Origin: Hormiphora californensis
Taxonomy: Eukaryota; Animalia; Ctenophora
Direction: 5' to 3'
Length of the DNA stretch: 64,000 nt
Assembly (NCBI GenBank): GCA_020137815.1
Contig: CM035361.1
Coordinates: forward strand, 3,844,001 to 3,908,000
Notes under the pieces: model-generated
Told to the model about the DNA's origin: nothing
What the model saw: only the letters and a program-made list of their open reading frames with translations
Databases searched by the model: none
Made by a program: the position numbers and the translations under genes
In this document: positions 26,463 through 39,000 of the stretch, piece after piece
Layout: the number at the start of each line of letters is the position of its first letter
How positions within the stretch are numbered: position 1 is the stretch's first letter

Positions 26463-28644
26463 TTCATGAAAGCTATGAGCTATGCAGAACTCGTATCATT
26501 ATTCAACTTCCTATTTTATATGAAGATACACCAAAGAGAATCCCCCCGGCACCAAGTTACAAATGCAGCAGCATCCATCATGTGGATCTTTTCAGGATTC
26601 CTAGAAATGTTAAATACACAGAATATAGTTGCCTTGTTCTAGCCTTTCTCACTCCGCAACATGAAGGAGGGTTAGAGCATCATATTAATAGACATGCGTT
26701 CACAGAACTGGACAGTATATCGAGCATATGTAATGGGCATATGTTGAATAAAATACAGGGTGATCGCTACACAAGGTCGTGAAGGAATGGATTTAGCAGC
26801 CGGAGACAAGGCACAGTGAATTATGATGCACGCGGTTTCGTAATTGTGCATTCTTGGAACTGCACCCGCCACCCAGCAATTCACACGACTAGAAAAACAA
26901 GTCTGATGCTAGGACACCCACGACCACGACCACGCCATTGGGAAGTAGAACTAGAAGGACCACTACCACGTTGTGTGGTGGTCACTGGTCTGTAAGGGTT
27001 ATTCGGTAGATCAACTGCCACCCTGCCAGGCCAATGCAGTCTGCAACCCGACCCCCTCCCCATTTCGCATCAGCAGCATAGCTGTCTATCTCTTAAATCA
27101 GAAAAATATTTTTAATATCTTCTCTGGCTGCTAATCTCACTTTCTCTCTCTCATACATGCACGCCCTACTGTACTACAGTGAAGGGAAACACACAGACGG
27201 GCAGATCACGGTTGTGGAAGAACGGTTATTTAATATTTAAATCAGGTTTCCTAATTCACTATTCCCCGGACATACTTTTCACTTTTATTTTCTGTCTCTC
27301 TTTCTGTCTCTCTCTCTCACACACACACTCTCGGTAAGCACAATTTAAAAAGTACTTGCGACACGAACAAGCATGTGCCCCTCAATCATCTGCTGTTACC
27401 AACTTCAATTGCAATCAACATTACTTGCTCTTTACACTATATTATCGTGTTTGGAATATTAGTGATTTTCAAACCTTTACTTGTTGTCTGATCGCCTAAA
27501 TTTAAGCTAAGGTATCTGACTATCTGGGCTAGCTGTCGACTGCCTAGTTGGATTCAAACAACCAATTGTTATAGGCCTTAATCAGTAGGCATACAATGCA
27601 ACATGGCCAATTTATTTTAGCTTTGTAACTCTCCTAACAGCTTAGTATAATTTTAGGCTACATTGCACAAGAAAAAGATTTGAAATTCAAAGCAGATGCA
27701 ACTGAATCACATATAATATTTATCAAGATGCGCTTATATGGGTAACCGAGTTAATATATTTCAGAAGTTTGGTTTCTTATCTCTCTCCTCCTCCCCCGAC
27801 CCCCGTCCCCCGTATTTTAATCCCTGGAACAGCTTTTAGAAGGCACGGTCACGTGATCTAGTAGGTCACGTGGCAATTGTAATGATGTGTGTTATCTGTG
27901 TGTTATATATAACCGGTTATTAATATTGAGTTAGAAATAACTGGAGTTGCTATGGAGACAGCTGTCGCCATAGTAACAACTAGTAACAACTACCACGGGG
28001 ACAAACAACACCATAATGAGGGGCAATAGAGCTGTTACAATTATCGTCCCGTGTGGGCGACCCATACGTAAAAGAAGAATGTGACCTAGTTACAGGCAAA
28101 GAATTTCCGATAACATAAAATATAAAGGTGTAAATAATATTAGACTTTACTGCTGCAAATATACAAAATGCCCCAACAAGTAAAATTATAAGACCCCGCA
28201 TGGGTCTAATTTGCGATACCGGTAATTCGATGTTAAAGGGAAGACACCAAAAAAAAGTCGATGAAAACAGGTTTTTTGTAGAGCGAGTTTATAAAATTAG
28301 AATAGGAATTATATTTTGAGGGATAAATTATTTGGTCGAAACTGATAAGCTGCACTGCAGGTAACTGAATTATTGGGATGGCTGAATTAGGGGTATGGCT
28401 TCCTTGGCGCTGTCCAGCACCTTATCAATTCATCACCAATTTAAAGTGTAAATAATTATAGAACCAGCAGATGGTGGTAAGAAGTTTCTCCCCAGTTTTA
28501 CTGGCAACTTAATTATATTTAACATTTACTCTCATATGATCCCTGCTGCAGTTATATGGTCCGTGGAATATAGTGTCTAAAGTGGGGTTCAAAGTAAATT
28601 CTCTACACGAATTATAACGAAAGGGCGTTCACAGAATTGACATA

Positions 28645-29502
28645 CCTTACTCTCGTTAATTAAGCTCGCATATTTCAAGAAACTTTTAAATAAGGAACTT
28701 TTTTACAAGAAACCCCAAAATTTAGACACCCTAAAAATAAGAAACTCTCTCGTTTATTAAGAAACTGAAAAAATAAGAAACCAAAATTAAGAAACTAAAA
28801 AAATAAGAAACCAAAAATAAGAAACCCCAAAAATAAGAAACCCCAAAAATAAGAAACCCCAAAATTAAGAAACCCCAAAAATAAGAAACCCCAAAAATAA
28901 GAAACCCCAAAAATAAGAAACCCCAAAATTAAGAAACCCCAAAAATAAGAAACCCCAAAATTAAGAAACCCCAAAATTAAGAAACCCCAAAATTAAGAAA
29001 CCCCAAAATTAAGAAACCCCAAAATTAAGAAACCCCAAAAATAAGAAACCCCAAAATTAAGAAACCCCAAAAATAAGAAACCCCAAAAATAAGAAACCCC
29101 AAAAATAAGAAACTCGAAAAATAAGAAACCTATTTAGGGGAGGGCCTCAAAAAGCCCTAAAATAGACATTTTTGACAACACAGACCAAATGCGGCAAAAT
29201 AACGCAATTTGAACTAGGGAAAATGTTGTTTAGGCTATTTCGAAGGTGTGGTCTAACGGTTGACAGGTTACGAAATGGTGGCCGGAATAAGAAAGCTGAG
29301 ACAAGGGGGGTTAAACACAAAACAAAACAACTGCAATGAACTGCTTGTGTGTTAACACTCAGAACTGTTGCAGAATGCAGAGGCCCGTTTCTTATCTCTG
29401 TTTTCAAGATGGGTGTGTCGCCCTGCTTTCTCTCCCAATCTCTCTTCCTATCTCGCCCTCTTTTTCTTTCTTTATCATTGATGATGTCTGCGTGTGTGTG
29501 TT

Positions 29503-29552
<50 letters not shown>

Positions 29553-30953
29553 TGTGAGAGTGAGAGTGAGAGATAGAGATAGAGAGAGATACTAAGAAGC
29601 AAAGCGAGTGTTAAAACACAATCTAAGAGTGGGTGTGTACGAAAAGATAAGGTATTAGACCAGAATGTAGCTCGACAGTGGGAGGTACGAAAAGATAAGA
29701 AGTGATACTGAGTGTGAGAAGGGAAAAAAGGGGGGGGGGAAAGAGATGAAACAAAAATGACGACACGAAAGCAAGAAATCATGAACACAAAACACACGGA
29801 TTTGAGAGAGTGCAAGAGATAGATGAACGAGATAGGCATCGGGAGGTGCTCATGCGTGACAGACCTCCACGCACGTGACTTAGAATGCTCGCACCCAATT
29901 GGCTGATCATAGTGAAAGTGAAAGTGACCATAAATGCAGCAATTTGATTGGCTGCGCTGACTGAGTTTGTGATTGGGGGCGGGAACTGGGAAGAGAGAGA
30001 GAGGGTAGAGAGAGAGAGAGAGAGATTGAGAGAGACTGTGTGGGTGTGTGTGTGAGAGAGAGAGAGAGAGTGTGTGAGAGAGAGAGAGAGATTGGGAGAG
30101 ACTGTGTGGGTGTGTGTGAGAGAGAGAGAGAGAGAGTGTGTGAGAGAGAGAGAGAGATTGGGAGAGAAAGCAGGGCGACACACCCATCTTGAAAACAGAG
30201 ATAAGAAACGGGCCTCTGCATTCTGCAACAGTTCTGAGTGTTAACACACAAGCAGTTCATTGCAGTTGTTTTGTTTTGTGTTTAACCCCCCTTGTCTCAG
30301 CTTTCTTATTCCGGCCACCATTTCGTAACCTGTCAACCGTTAGACCACACCTTCGAAATAGCCTAAACAACATTTTACCTAGTTCAAATTGCGTTATTTT
30401 GCCGCATTTGGTCTGTGTTGTCAAAAATGTCCATTTTAGTGCTTTTTGAGGCCCTCCCCTAATTAGGTTTCTTATTTTTGGGGTTTCTTATTTTTGGGGT
30501 TTCTTAATTTTGGGGTTTCTTATTTTTGAGGTTTCTTATTTTTGGGGTTTCTTAATTTTGGGGTTTCTTATTTTTGAGGTTTCTTATTTTTGGGGTTTCT
30601 TAATTTTGGGGTTTCTTATTTTTGGGGTTTCTTAATTTTGGGGTTTCTTATTTTTGGGGTTTCTTATTTTTGGGGTTTCTTAATTTTGGGGTTTCTTATT
30701 TTTGGGGTTTCTTAATTTTGGGGTTTCTTAATTTTGGGGTTTCTTAATTTTGAGGTTTCTTATTTTTGGGGTTTCTTATTTTTGCGTTTCTTATTTTTGG
30801 GGTTTCTTATTTTTGCGTTTCTTATTTTTGGGGTTTCTTACTTTCTTGGGGGAGTTTCTTATTTTGGGGTGTCTTATTTAATGTGTTTCCACATTTCCCG
30901 TTTCTTATAAAAAATTTCTTCCTAAAGCGTTTCTTAATTAGCGAGAGTAAGGT
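28645..30953. mobile_element. Foldback-like element whose inverted arms contain a 16-bp minisatellite (AAGAAACCCCAAAA(A/T)T)
   Basis: TA-flanked TIR CCTTACTCTCG(T/C)TAATTAAG. The arrays at ~28770-29130 and ~30465-30870 are inverted, and ~29132-29443 is the reverse complement of ~30157-30465. Confidence 0.82.
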
Positions 30954-31241
30954 ATGCAACTCCCTGTCATCAGCAATGTATACACGAAACCTACATAATT
31001 CAACACACAATGCATACATATTACTAATTCTAACATTTAAATGTACAATACTCATGTGTGTTGGATTAATCCTGGATCAAAATTAAAAAAGAAATCACGT
31101 AATAATAATAACGTATTATGTATATGGCAGGAACCGACCGAATCAGGAAATGCTGGTCCCTGATTGGCTGATAACCAGTCACGTGACCTAAATAACGAGT
31201 TCTGATTGGTTGTTTACTTGTTTCGGTCGGTTCCTGGTATA

Positions 31242-31499
31242 GGGGAAACTCTAACTGAATGGCATCCCATTAATGGGATCCCATCATCAGTACAACTCTA
31301 ACTGATAATGAACCACAGTGATGGTTCTTTCTCTGTATTCTCTCTGTAGCAGTACATTGGACATGCCCGGGCATTGATTGATTGGGCGCGCACACACAGA
31401 GAATACAGAGAAAGAACCATCACTGTGGTCCATTATCAGTTAGAGTTGTACTGCTGATGGGATCCCATTAATGGGATGCCATTCAGTTAGAGTTTCCCC
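31242..31499. mobile_element. Palindromic MITE with a 3-bp TSD (PIF/Harbinger-like), inserted into the TSD of a hAT MITE
   Basis: GGGGAAACTCTAACTGAATGG... long TIRs, TSD ATA. Removal restores GTATATGG, the 8-bp TSD of the 31128-31236 MITE. Confidence 0.75.
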
Positions 31500-31577
31500 A
31501 TATGGAGTTGGGACGGCAAATATTGTAAAGGAGCTCCGAGCTGTCATGCTAATGCTCTGAGAGTAAAGTCGAAGGTT

Positions 31578-32519
31578 TGTTTGTTTGTTTGTTTGTCACT
31601 AAACCATGGGATACGCTCAGCAAACCTCCATACCAACCCGGGTATGTGGTAACTATGGCGCTGAGTCCCTTTCTCTCCCCTGGGAGAGAAAGAGACTCAT
31701 GGTTTAAATTTCTGGAACATTCGAGAGGATCTTGGTCCGTTAGGTAACGTTTTGCCTTTGAGGGGGTCTTGGTCGGGTAGGTAACATTTTGCCTTTGAGA
31801 GGGTCTTGGTCTTGAAAATAGGTAACGTTTTGCCTTTGAGAAGGTCTTGGTCGGGTAGGTAACGTTTTGCCTTTGAGAGGGTCTTGGTCTGGTTTGATGT
31901 TTATCGTATTTGTTGGTCTGTCTGGGGCACACTCTCAAGCTATGTCTTGTCTTACTCTTAATTATTGAATAGTCAATTACATTCACAATATCAACTGTAC
32001 ACAATAAATGAACAAACAATACGGACAGGTGAACTTACGACCTTGATGAATGATTGGTACCGTGATGTTGTTGGTGATGAGATGAGAGGTGTAAACATTT
32101 CCAATGGTGACAAAGAACGAAAACGATCAAACACAAACAATGGGTTGGGCAGATTGTAGCACCACTAGAGTGTAAAATGTTCTAGAAGACGATTCGGATG
32201 AGATAGATAATAACATTTGTTAGTTGTTACACGCGATAAGCGACTTAGTGCACCAAAACACAAGGATTGTCTCTGTAGTGTGGTGTTTTGCAATGTCCGC
32301 TATATTGGGAGAGGTGGGTGGGGGAGGGCGGGTGGGGGTGGGGCGGGGGGTAATATTGGACAAAAATGTTGCTGTAATTTAGTAATGAGACCAGGCCAGG
32401 CCCGAGAGACAGTTCAGTGGTAACTGGGGGGTCATGTGTGATGGAAATGAGAACTAGCCCTTTTTAGTGTCTGAGACAAGCAAAAGTGAAACGAAATGCA
32501 ACGTAACGAACGAGTAATC
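31578..32519 (-). mobile_element. Non-coding (AAAC)n-tailed retroposon (SINE-like), copy 1, uninterrupted
   Basis: 14-bp TSD TAAAGTCGAAGGTT (31564-31577, 32520-32533), 3' (AAAC)n tail on the minus strand, internal ~35-40-bp tandem repeats. Near-identical to 38190-38654 + 44089-44650. Confidence 0.8.
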
Positions 32520-33076
32520 TAAAGTCGAAGGTTAGAACATATAAAAAAGTTTAATCCCAATTTATCGAAACCCCATGAAATATCAATCGGGTCCGAATAT
32601 AGTACTTGATTTTACTTCAGGCTGGTATTTTATAGCAGACCCCTGCTGCAGTATACTAATTGTATAAGCTGTCACGATGAGAATTAAATCAAAGAAAACA
32701 ATTCCACCAGCTGACATCTCTCACTACAACATGTCATAGATCGTATTTGCTGTATAACACAGCTAGCTCGATTGAATAACATTCCTATTGAATACTGTCA
32801 TCACGAATAGTATATCGATATTTGAAACACAGCTGTGCATATCATATTTCAAATAATATTTGAATATAGAATTACAGTGCTTTAGGATGAGTTTTTTAAT
32901 TATTCGAGTAATTAAAATTCTGATCACTGAATGACGTAGTGATTCTAGAATATTTATGTTTTCAGTGTCTTTAAAAGGCAATTTAAATATCCACTTTACA
33001 GTTACGAAATCTGAAAATGGAGCTAATACAATAGCCGCTATAATCCCCTCCCTTACACTATATAGCTGTACACAAT

Positions 33077-36000
33077 ATGGGAAGTGGAGCCAGCAGTAGA
33101 CCGAACTTCCAGAGGCGACCCCAGCCCGAGGTTCATGACCACATGGAGAGACTTCAGAGGATCAGTGATAGGACCCGGAAACCTGTGATCAAGGCAAACA
33201 GCTATCAGGAAGTACCGGTGAGTTTGAGGGATGGTACTCGCAGATGTCTTTCAGATGTTATAGTTTTTTGTTAGCTCCGTTGATCGGGAGTTCCAAGTCA
33301 CAGCCAAGTCACAGCCAAGTCACAGCCCAGGCCCCATATTTACTAATCCCTAATCCATAATACCCTTTACTACCACATTAACCACTAACATCCAATTGTT
33401 TCAGTCGGATTATATTGACATGATACACCGAATGAAAAACATCAATCTCTTCAACAACTTCCACCTGCTGAAACCGGACTTGATGCCCTACCAGAACCTC
33501 AAATCTAATATAGAAGTCAGCACTAACATCGGTGAGATATCATCAGCATACTAGATATACTACAGTCGGACCCCGATTTAGGGACCCCCGATTTAGTGGC
33601 ACCCCGATTTAGGGACAGGATTTTTTTTCCCCGATATAGGAAATTAACCTTATTTGACCCCGATTTAGTGGACACCCCGATATTTGGGCATGTCGCGCTA
33701 TCCCCTGTATGGCTGCCAAGTGAGATATTATCAGAAAGTTTATTGTGAAATTCTGAAAACTCTTGGAGTGTGATATCCGTGAAATATCTGAAGCTTGTTT
33801 GTGGCAAACCTGAAATATTTTACTGTTTGTGTGTGATAGTCAATGATTTTGTAGACGCTCTCGTTCTTTGACATTAAGTTTAATACGAGGATCGAGCTAT
33901 ATCACACTGCCCCAGCCCCGGCCCCACTTACTAATTAATTAATTAACCAATTAATTTCAGCGGGGACCCAGGTGGAGATAAAACACAGGTCTGATGGAAA
34001 ATATGGTATTGATTTGTCCTCTCGAGGCTTGACCCACCTTCCCGAGGAAATATGCTTCAACTCAAATATGCAGCAGTGCTCCGTGAGTTTGGTTCTAAGG
34101 CAGCGGATGACCAGGGGGGAGGGGGCGAAAGAAATGTCCGAATAGATCGCCCGAAAGATCTATTTCGTACGTTCACCAGTGTGGTGAAACGTATTGCGCA
34201 GATGAATCTTTTGGGCGATCTATTCGGGCTCTCGTTTCAAGCCTCCGTAATCCCCCGTGTCAGGGTGCTCAGATGGGGCCCGCGGCGCCAGACTGATTCT
34301 GATTGACAACTCATCTCCTATCTTTGGTTCTTCTGTTCTTACCACCAATAATTAAACAGTCAATCCTCGACTTGCTGAACTTCTTGTTTACCCGAGGTTC
34401 GACTGTTTGCCCAAGACAAATGAAAATCTAATTGCTAACACAAAATTAAATTAAATTTTCAAACAAATATGTATATTCACAACGCAAAGTCGGCAGTCCT
34501 AACCAGGTCAGCAGGGAAAGTGGTGCTTCTGCGTGAGAAGCTAGCACTAAACCTAATTCAATATTCATAAACTAGATCCAAAAACCAAACAAGTTTGGTG
34601 GATAGCCGGGGCCGGAGAAATTAAAAATCGTGCGAAAGTTTTGATACATGAACTTTCGGGGCCTGGGGTGCTGTTAAATTCGCGTTTCCATGATTATAAC
34701 CAATAACTTTTCAAACTATACGCCAGGAAAACTAGTGCAATGATCAAACATTAGTTTATTCCACATTATCATAAATACAGATCCACATATGTCACATATA
34801 TTTACTGTGCACAGTGGGTCGTTTCAGAGTCTGTTTTACAGAATAATATTATTCTGATAATAATAGTGTGTTTTGAAAGAACGGCTGACTTGAGTGACTA
34901 TCATGGAAACGCGAATTTAACAGCACCCCAGGCCCCGAAAGTTCATGTATCAATACTTTCGCACGAGTTTTAATTTCTGTGGCCCCGGCTATCCACCAAA
35001 CTTGTTTGGTTTTTGGATCTAGTATCAGGCATTTTGTTATACTATGACATGCATTTTGTAATACTAGCTTAATCTAATAAACACGGATTGAGGATTCACG
35101 GACATTTTAAATCGTAGGTACTAGGTAGCCTCATAATAATCGCAGATATCCAATCTCGGATATCAATCGCGAATAACTAATATGCTAGGTATCGCAGACA
35201 ACCAATCGCGGATAACTTATCAGTTATCACGAATCCGTTATAAGTTATCGCGATTTATTTCGCGATAAGTTATCGTGGTTAGTTACCCGCAATTGGTTCT
35301 CCGCGATTGGTTCTCCGCGATTATTCTATGATTTTGATTATTAGTCACGGATAATGATCACGGATAAGCATTAATAATCAGATATATCTGATAAAATCAG
35401 GTTCTAGATGCTAATTCGCTCGTTTCTAGATTTTTTTGAAAATCGTCTTATATCTAAGACAGTCATAACTCTAGATATGACTACCAATTATCACTGAAAA
35501 TGCGGCAGTAAGCCTAATTTTATAAAACAAATCTAATTCAATGTTAATTTAGACTCTGAATCACTTCTTTGTAGGTGTTTTTAAAATCGTCTTAAATTTA
35601 AGACAGTCATACATACAGATATGACTACCAATTATATCTGAAAATACAGCAGTTGACCCACGTTGGAAAAACATGTATGATAAAATCATGATTTATAGTT
35701 TAATTTGCTCTTTTCTAAGTTTTTTGAAAATCGTCTTAAATCTTAATACAGTCAGATGCCCGTAACTGAAGAACCGTAACTCGGATTTGCTTGAAATTTT
35801 GAACGTGTGTTCAAGATGACAAGGCAACACAACGTACCAAGCGGCGTGTTCATAGAACGACGGGAAGGTTGTCTAAGACGCCAAACAAAACTTAAGACAG
35901 TCATAACTTTTGTTATGACTGTCCGTTTTCTCTGTCCAAGCTTTAATACAAGGTACACCACTAGACCTACCATCTCCCAAAGTTTCATGGTGATAGCTTT

Positions 36001-39000
36001 AAAACTGTGGCCTCCATCGTGTACGCAAAAAAGTGGTACAATCAAGGTCGTTAGTCACGCTAAAAACGGACATTTTGTCTAAAATACGACCATCTGTAGC
36101 GCAAAAACCGTAACTCCGATTTGCATGAAATTTTGAACGTGTGCTCTAGGCGTCAAGGCAACACGAACTACCAAGCGGCATGTTCGTAGTACAACGGGAA
36201 GGTTGTCTAAAATAAAGTTGAAATTGCCGATTTCAGACAATAAGTATAGTAGCGCTGTCAGAATTTTCAAAAATTTTCAAAAAAAAATTTTCCGCAATTT
36301 CGATTTTCCTTTTACTGGGAGGAAAGATGCTTGTTAGAGGGAAATTTTGGGGGAAATTATGGTTGGGGGAAGGGAGGATTGGGCCCCGGGCGCTTGCCAG
36401 CGCTATGACAGCTCCATATAATAGGCTTGGGTAGTCTCAAGAACGCTTTTCACCATGAACTATTATAGCGTAGACCTTACTAGAGATAAATTTGGTTTTG
36501 AAATGAGTGTGTGATCAAAAAAGAAAGGTACGGGTAGGAATAGAAAGATAAGAATAGCTATTTTTGCATTTACTCATAAAAACAATCGCTAAATCAATAT
36601 CGTTTTTTCACAATTCTCCTTGGTCTTTTAGTCGTCGTTATTGTCTTCATTATTGTTGTGTATCGACGCCATCTCAATGTTTTCCGTTACTTCTTTCCTC
36701 GCCAGAGTGAAGGAAAGGACCCTTCTCACTGCATCCCACCCTAGTCCCGCCCACTTCTCTACCTTTCCATAGACACTATCACTATACAGGAGGGGGTTGA
36801 TGATGGAGTTGATGGGGAGGACGATAACTGATAGAGCCCCATAGTACGGTGTAGCATCCACCAACTCCCCCATGTGTAGGCCGGATATTACCATGACAGG
36901 CAGCCAGCAAAGCATATCTGTACCTGTAAATGGGAATATAATAATAAAGGCAGCGGATGACGGGGGGGGGGGGGGAATAGATCGCCCGAATGGATCGCCC
37001 GAAAGATATATTTCGTACTTTCACCAGTGTGGTGAAACGTATTGCGCAGATGAATCTTTTGGGCGATCTATTCGGGCTCTCGTTTCAAGCCTCCGTAATC
37101 CCCCGTGTCAGGGTGCTCAGATGGGGCCCGCGGCGCAAGACTGATTCTGATTCACAACTCATCTCCCATCTTTGGTTCATCTGTCAATTACTATCATGTA
37201 CCAATAATTAAACAGTCAATCCTCCACTTGACTTCTTGGTTACCCGAGGGTCGACTGTTTGCCCAGGACAAAATGAAAATCCAATTGTTAACACAAAATT
37301 AAATTAAATTTTCAAACAAACATATTCATAACGCAACAAGGTCAGCAGGGTAAGTAATGCTGAAAGACTGCTTCTGCGTGAGAAGCTAGCAGTAGCACTA
37401 AACTAAATTCAATATTCATAAACAGCTGCTCCATATATGCTCGGGTAGTCTCCTGAGTCAAGAACGGGTAGTCTCTTGAGTCAAGAACGGGTAGTCTCTT
37501 GAGTCAAGAACGGGTAGTCTCTTGAGTCAAGAACGGGTAGTCTCCTGAGTCAAGAACGCTTTTTACCGTGAACTATTATACTCAACATAGTGTAGACCTT
37601 AGTAGAGATACTGCTTAGTAGAGATACTGCTTAGTAGAGATACTGCTTAGTAGAGATACTGCTTAGTAGAGAAACTGCTTAGTAGAGAAACTGCTTAGTA
37701 GAGATACTGCTTAGTAGAGATACTGCTTAGTAGAGATACTGCTTAGTAGAGATACTGCTTAGTAGAGATACTGCTTAGTAGAGATACTGCTTAGTAGAGA
37801 TACTGCTTAGTAGAGATACTGCTTAGTAGAGATACTGCTTAGTATAAAAAAATCGCTAAATCAATATCGTTTTTTCACAATTTTCCTTGGTCATTTAGTT
37901 TTCGTTATTGTTGTGTATCGACGCCATCTCAATGTTTTCCGTTACTTCTTTCCTCGCCAGTATGAAGGAAAGGACCCTTCTCACTACATCCCACCCTAGT
38001 CCCGCCCACTTCTCCACCTTCCCATATACACTATCACTATACAGTAGAGGGTTGATGATGGAGTTGATGGGGAGGACGATAACTGATAGAGCCCCATAGT
38101 ACGGTGTTGCATCCACCAACTCCCCCATGTGTAGGCCGGATATTACCATGACAGGCAGCCAGCAAAGCATATCTGTACCTGTAAATGGGTTTGTTTGTTT
38201 GTTTGTTTGTCACTAAACCATGGGATACGCTCAGCAAACCTCCATACCAACCCGGGTATGTGGTGACTATGGCGCTGAGTCCCTTTCTCTCCCCTCGGAG
38301 AGAAAGAGACTCATGGTTTAAATTTCTGGAACATTCGAGAGGATCTTGGTCCGTTAGGTAACGTTTTGCCTTTGAGGGGGTCTTGGTCGGGTAGGTAACA
38401 TTTTGCCTTTGAGAGGGTCTTGGTCTTGAAAATAGGTAACATTTTGCCTTTGAGAGGGTCTTGGTCGGGTAGGTAACGTTTTGCCTTTGAGAGGGTCTTG
38501 GTCTTGATAATAGGTAACGTTTTGCCTTTGAGAGGGTCTTGGTCTGGTTTGATATTTATCGTATTTGTTGGTCTGTCTGGGGCACACTCTCAAGCTATGT
38601 CTTGTCTTACTCTTAATTATTGAATAGTCAATTACATTCACAATATCAACTGTAATATTCAAACTTATATCCTGCCCATATTCTACAGGGACAGCAGAGC
38701 TTTACAGATGCTGCCACTGGAGGAAACTCAGAGCAGTTAACTAACTCTTAACCCAAATATAGAGACTCAAACAAAAAAACGGTGGAAAAATCCAAATTAT
38801 CCGGCTCACATAAGTGGAAAACAGATTAGGCTCATAACAGACCAAAATAGAAAAAACTCGAAAAAAGGCCACAGGATATATGTCACCACTGTCACTTCAT
38901 CACTCCAAATATAGACACAGATCAAATGTTCAGACAACAGATTCTGAACAACTGGATAACTGAAAATCGGAATAAAATTACACACTCGTGCTTCACTCAT

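Noticed and set aside
26480-27080. Possible decayed transposase fragment
   Set aside because: No recognisable catalytic motif; insufficient support.
37442-37845. CRISPR-like regular repeats
   Set aside because: Head-to-tail minisatellites with no unique spacers and no cas genes, in a eukaryotic context.
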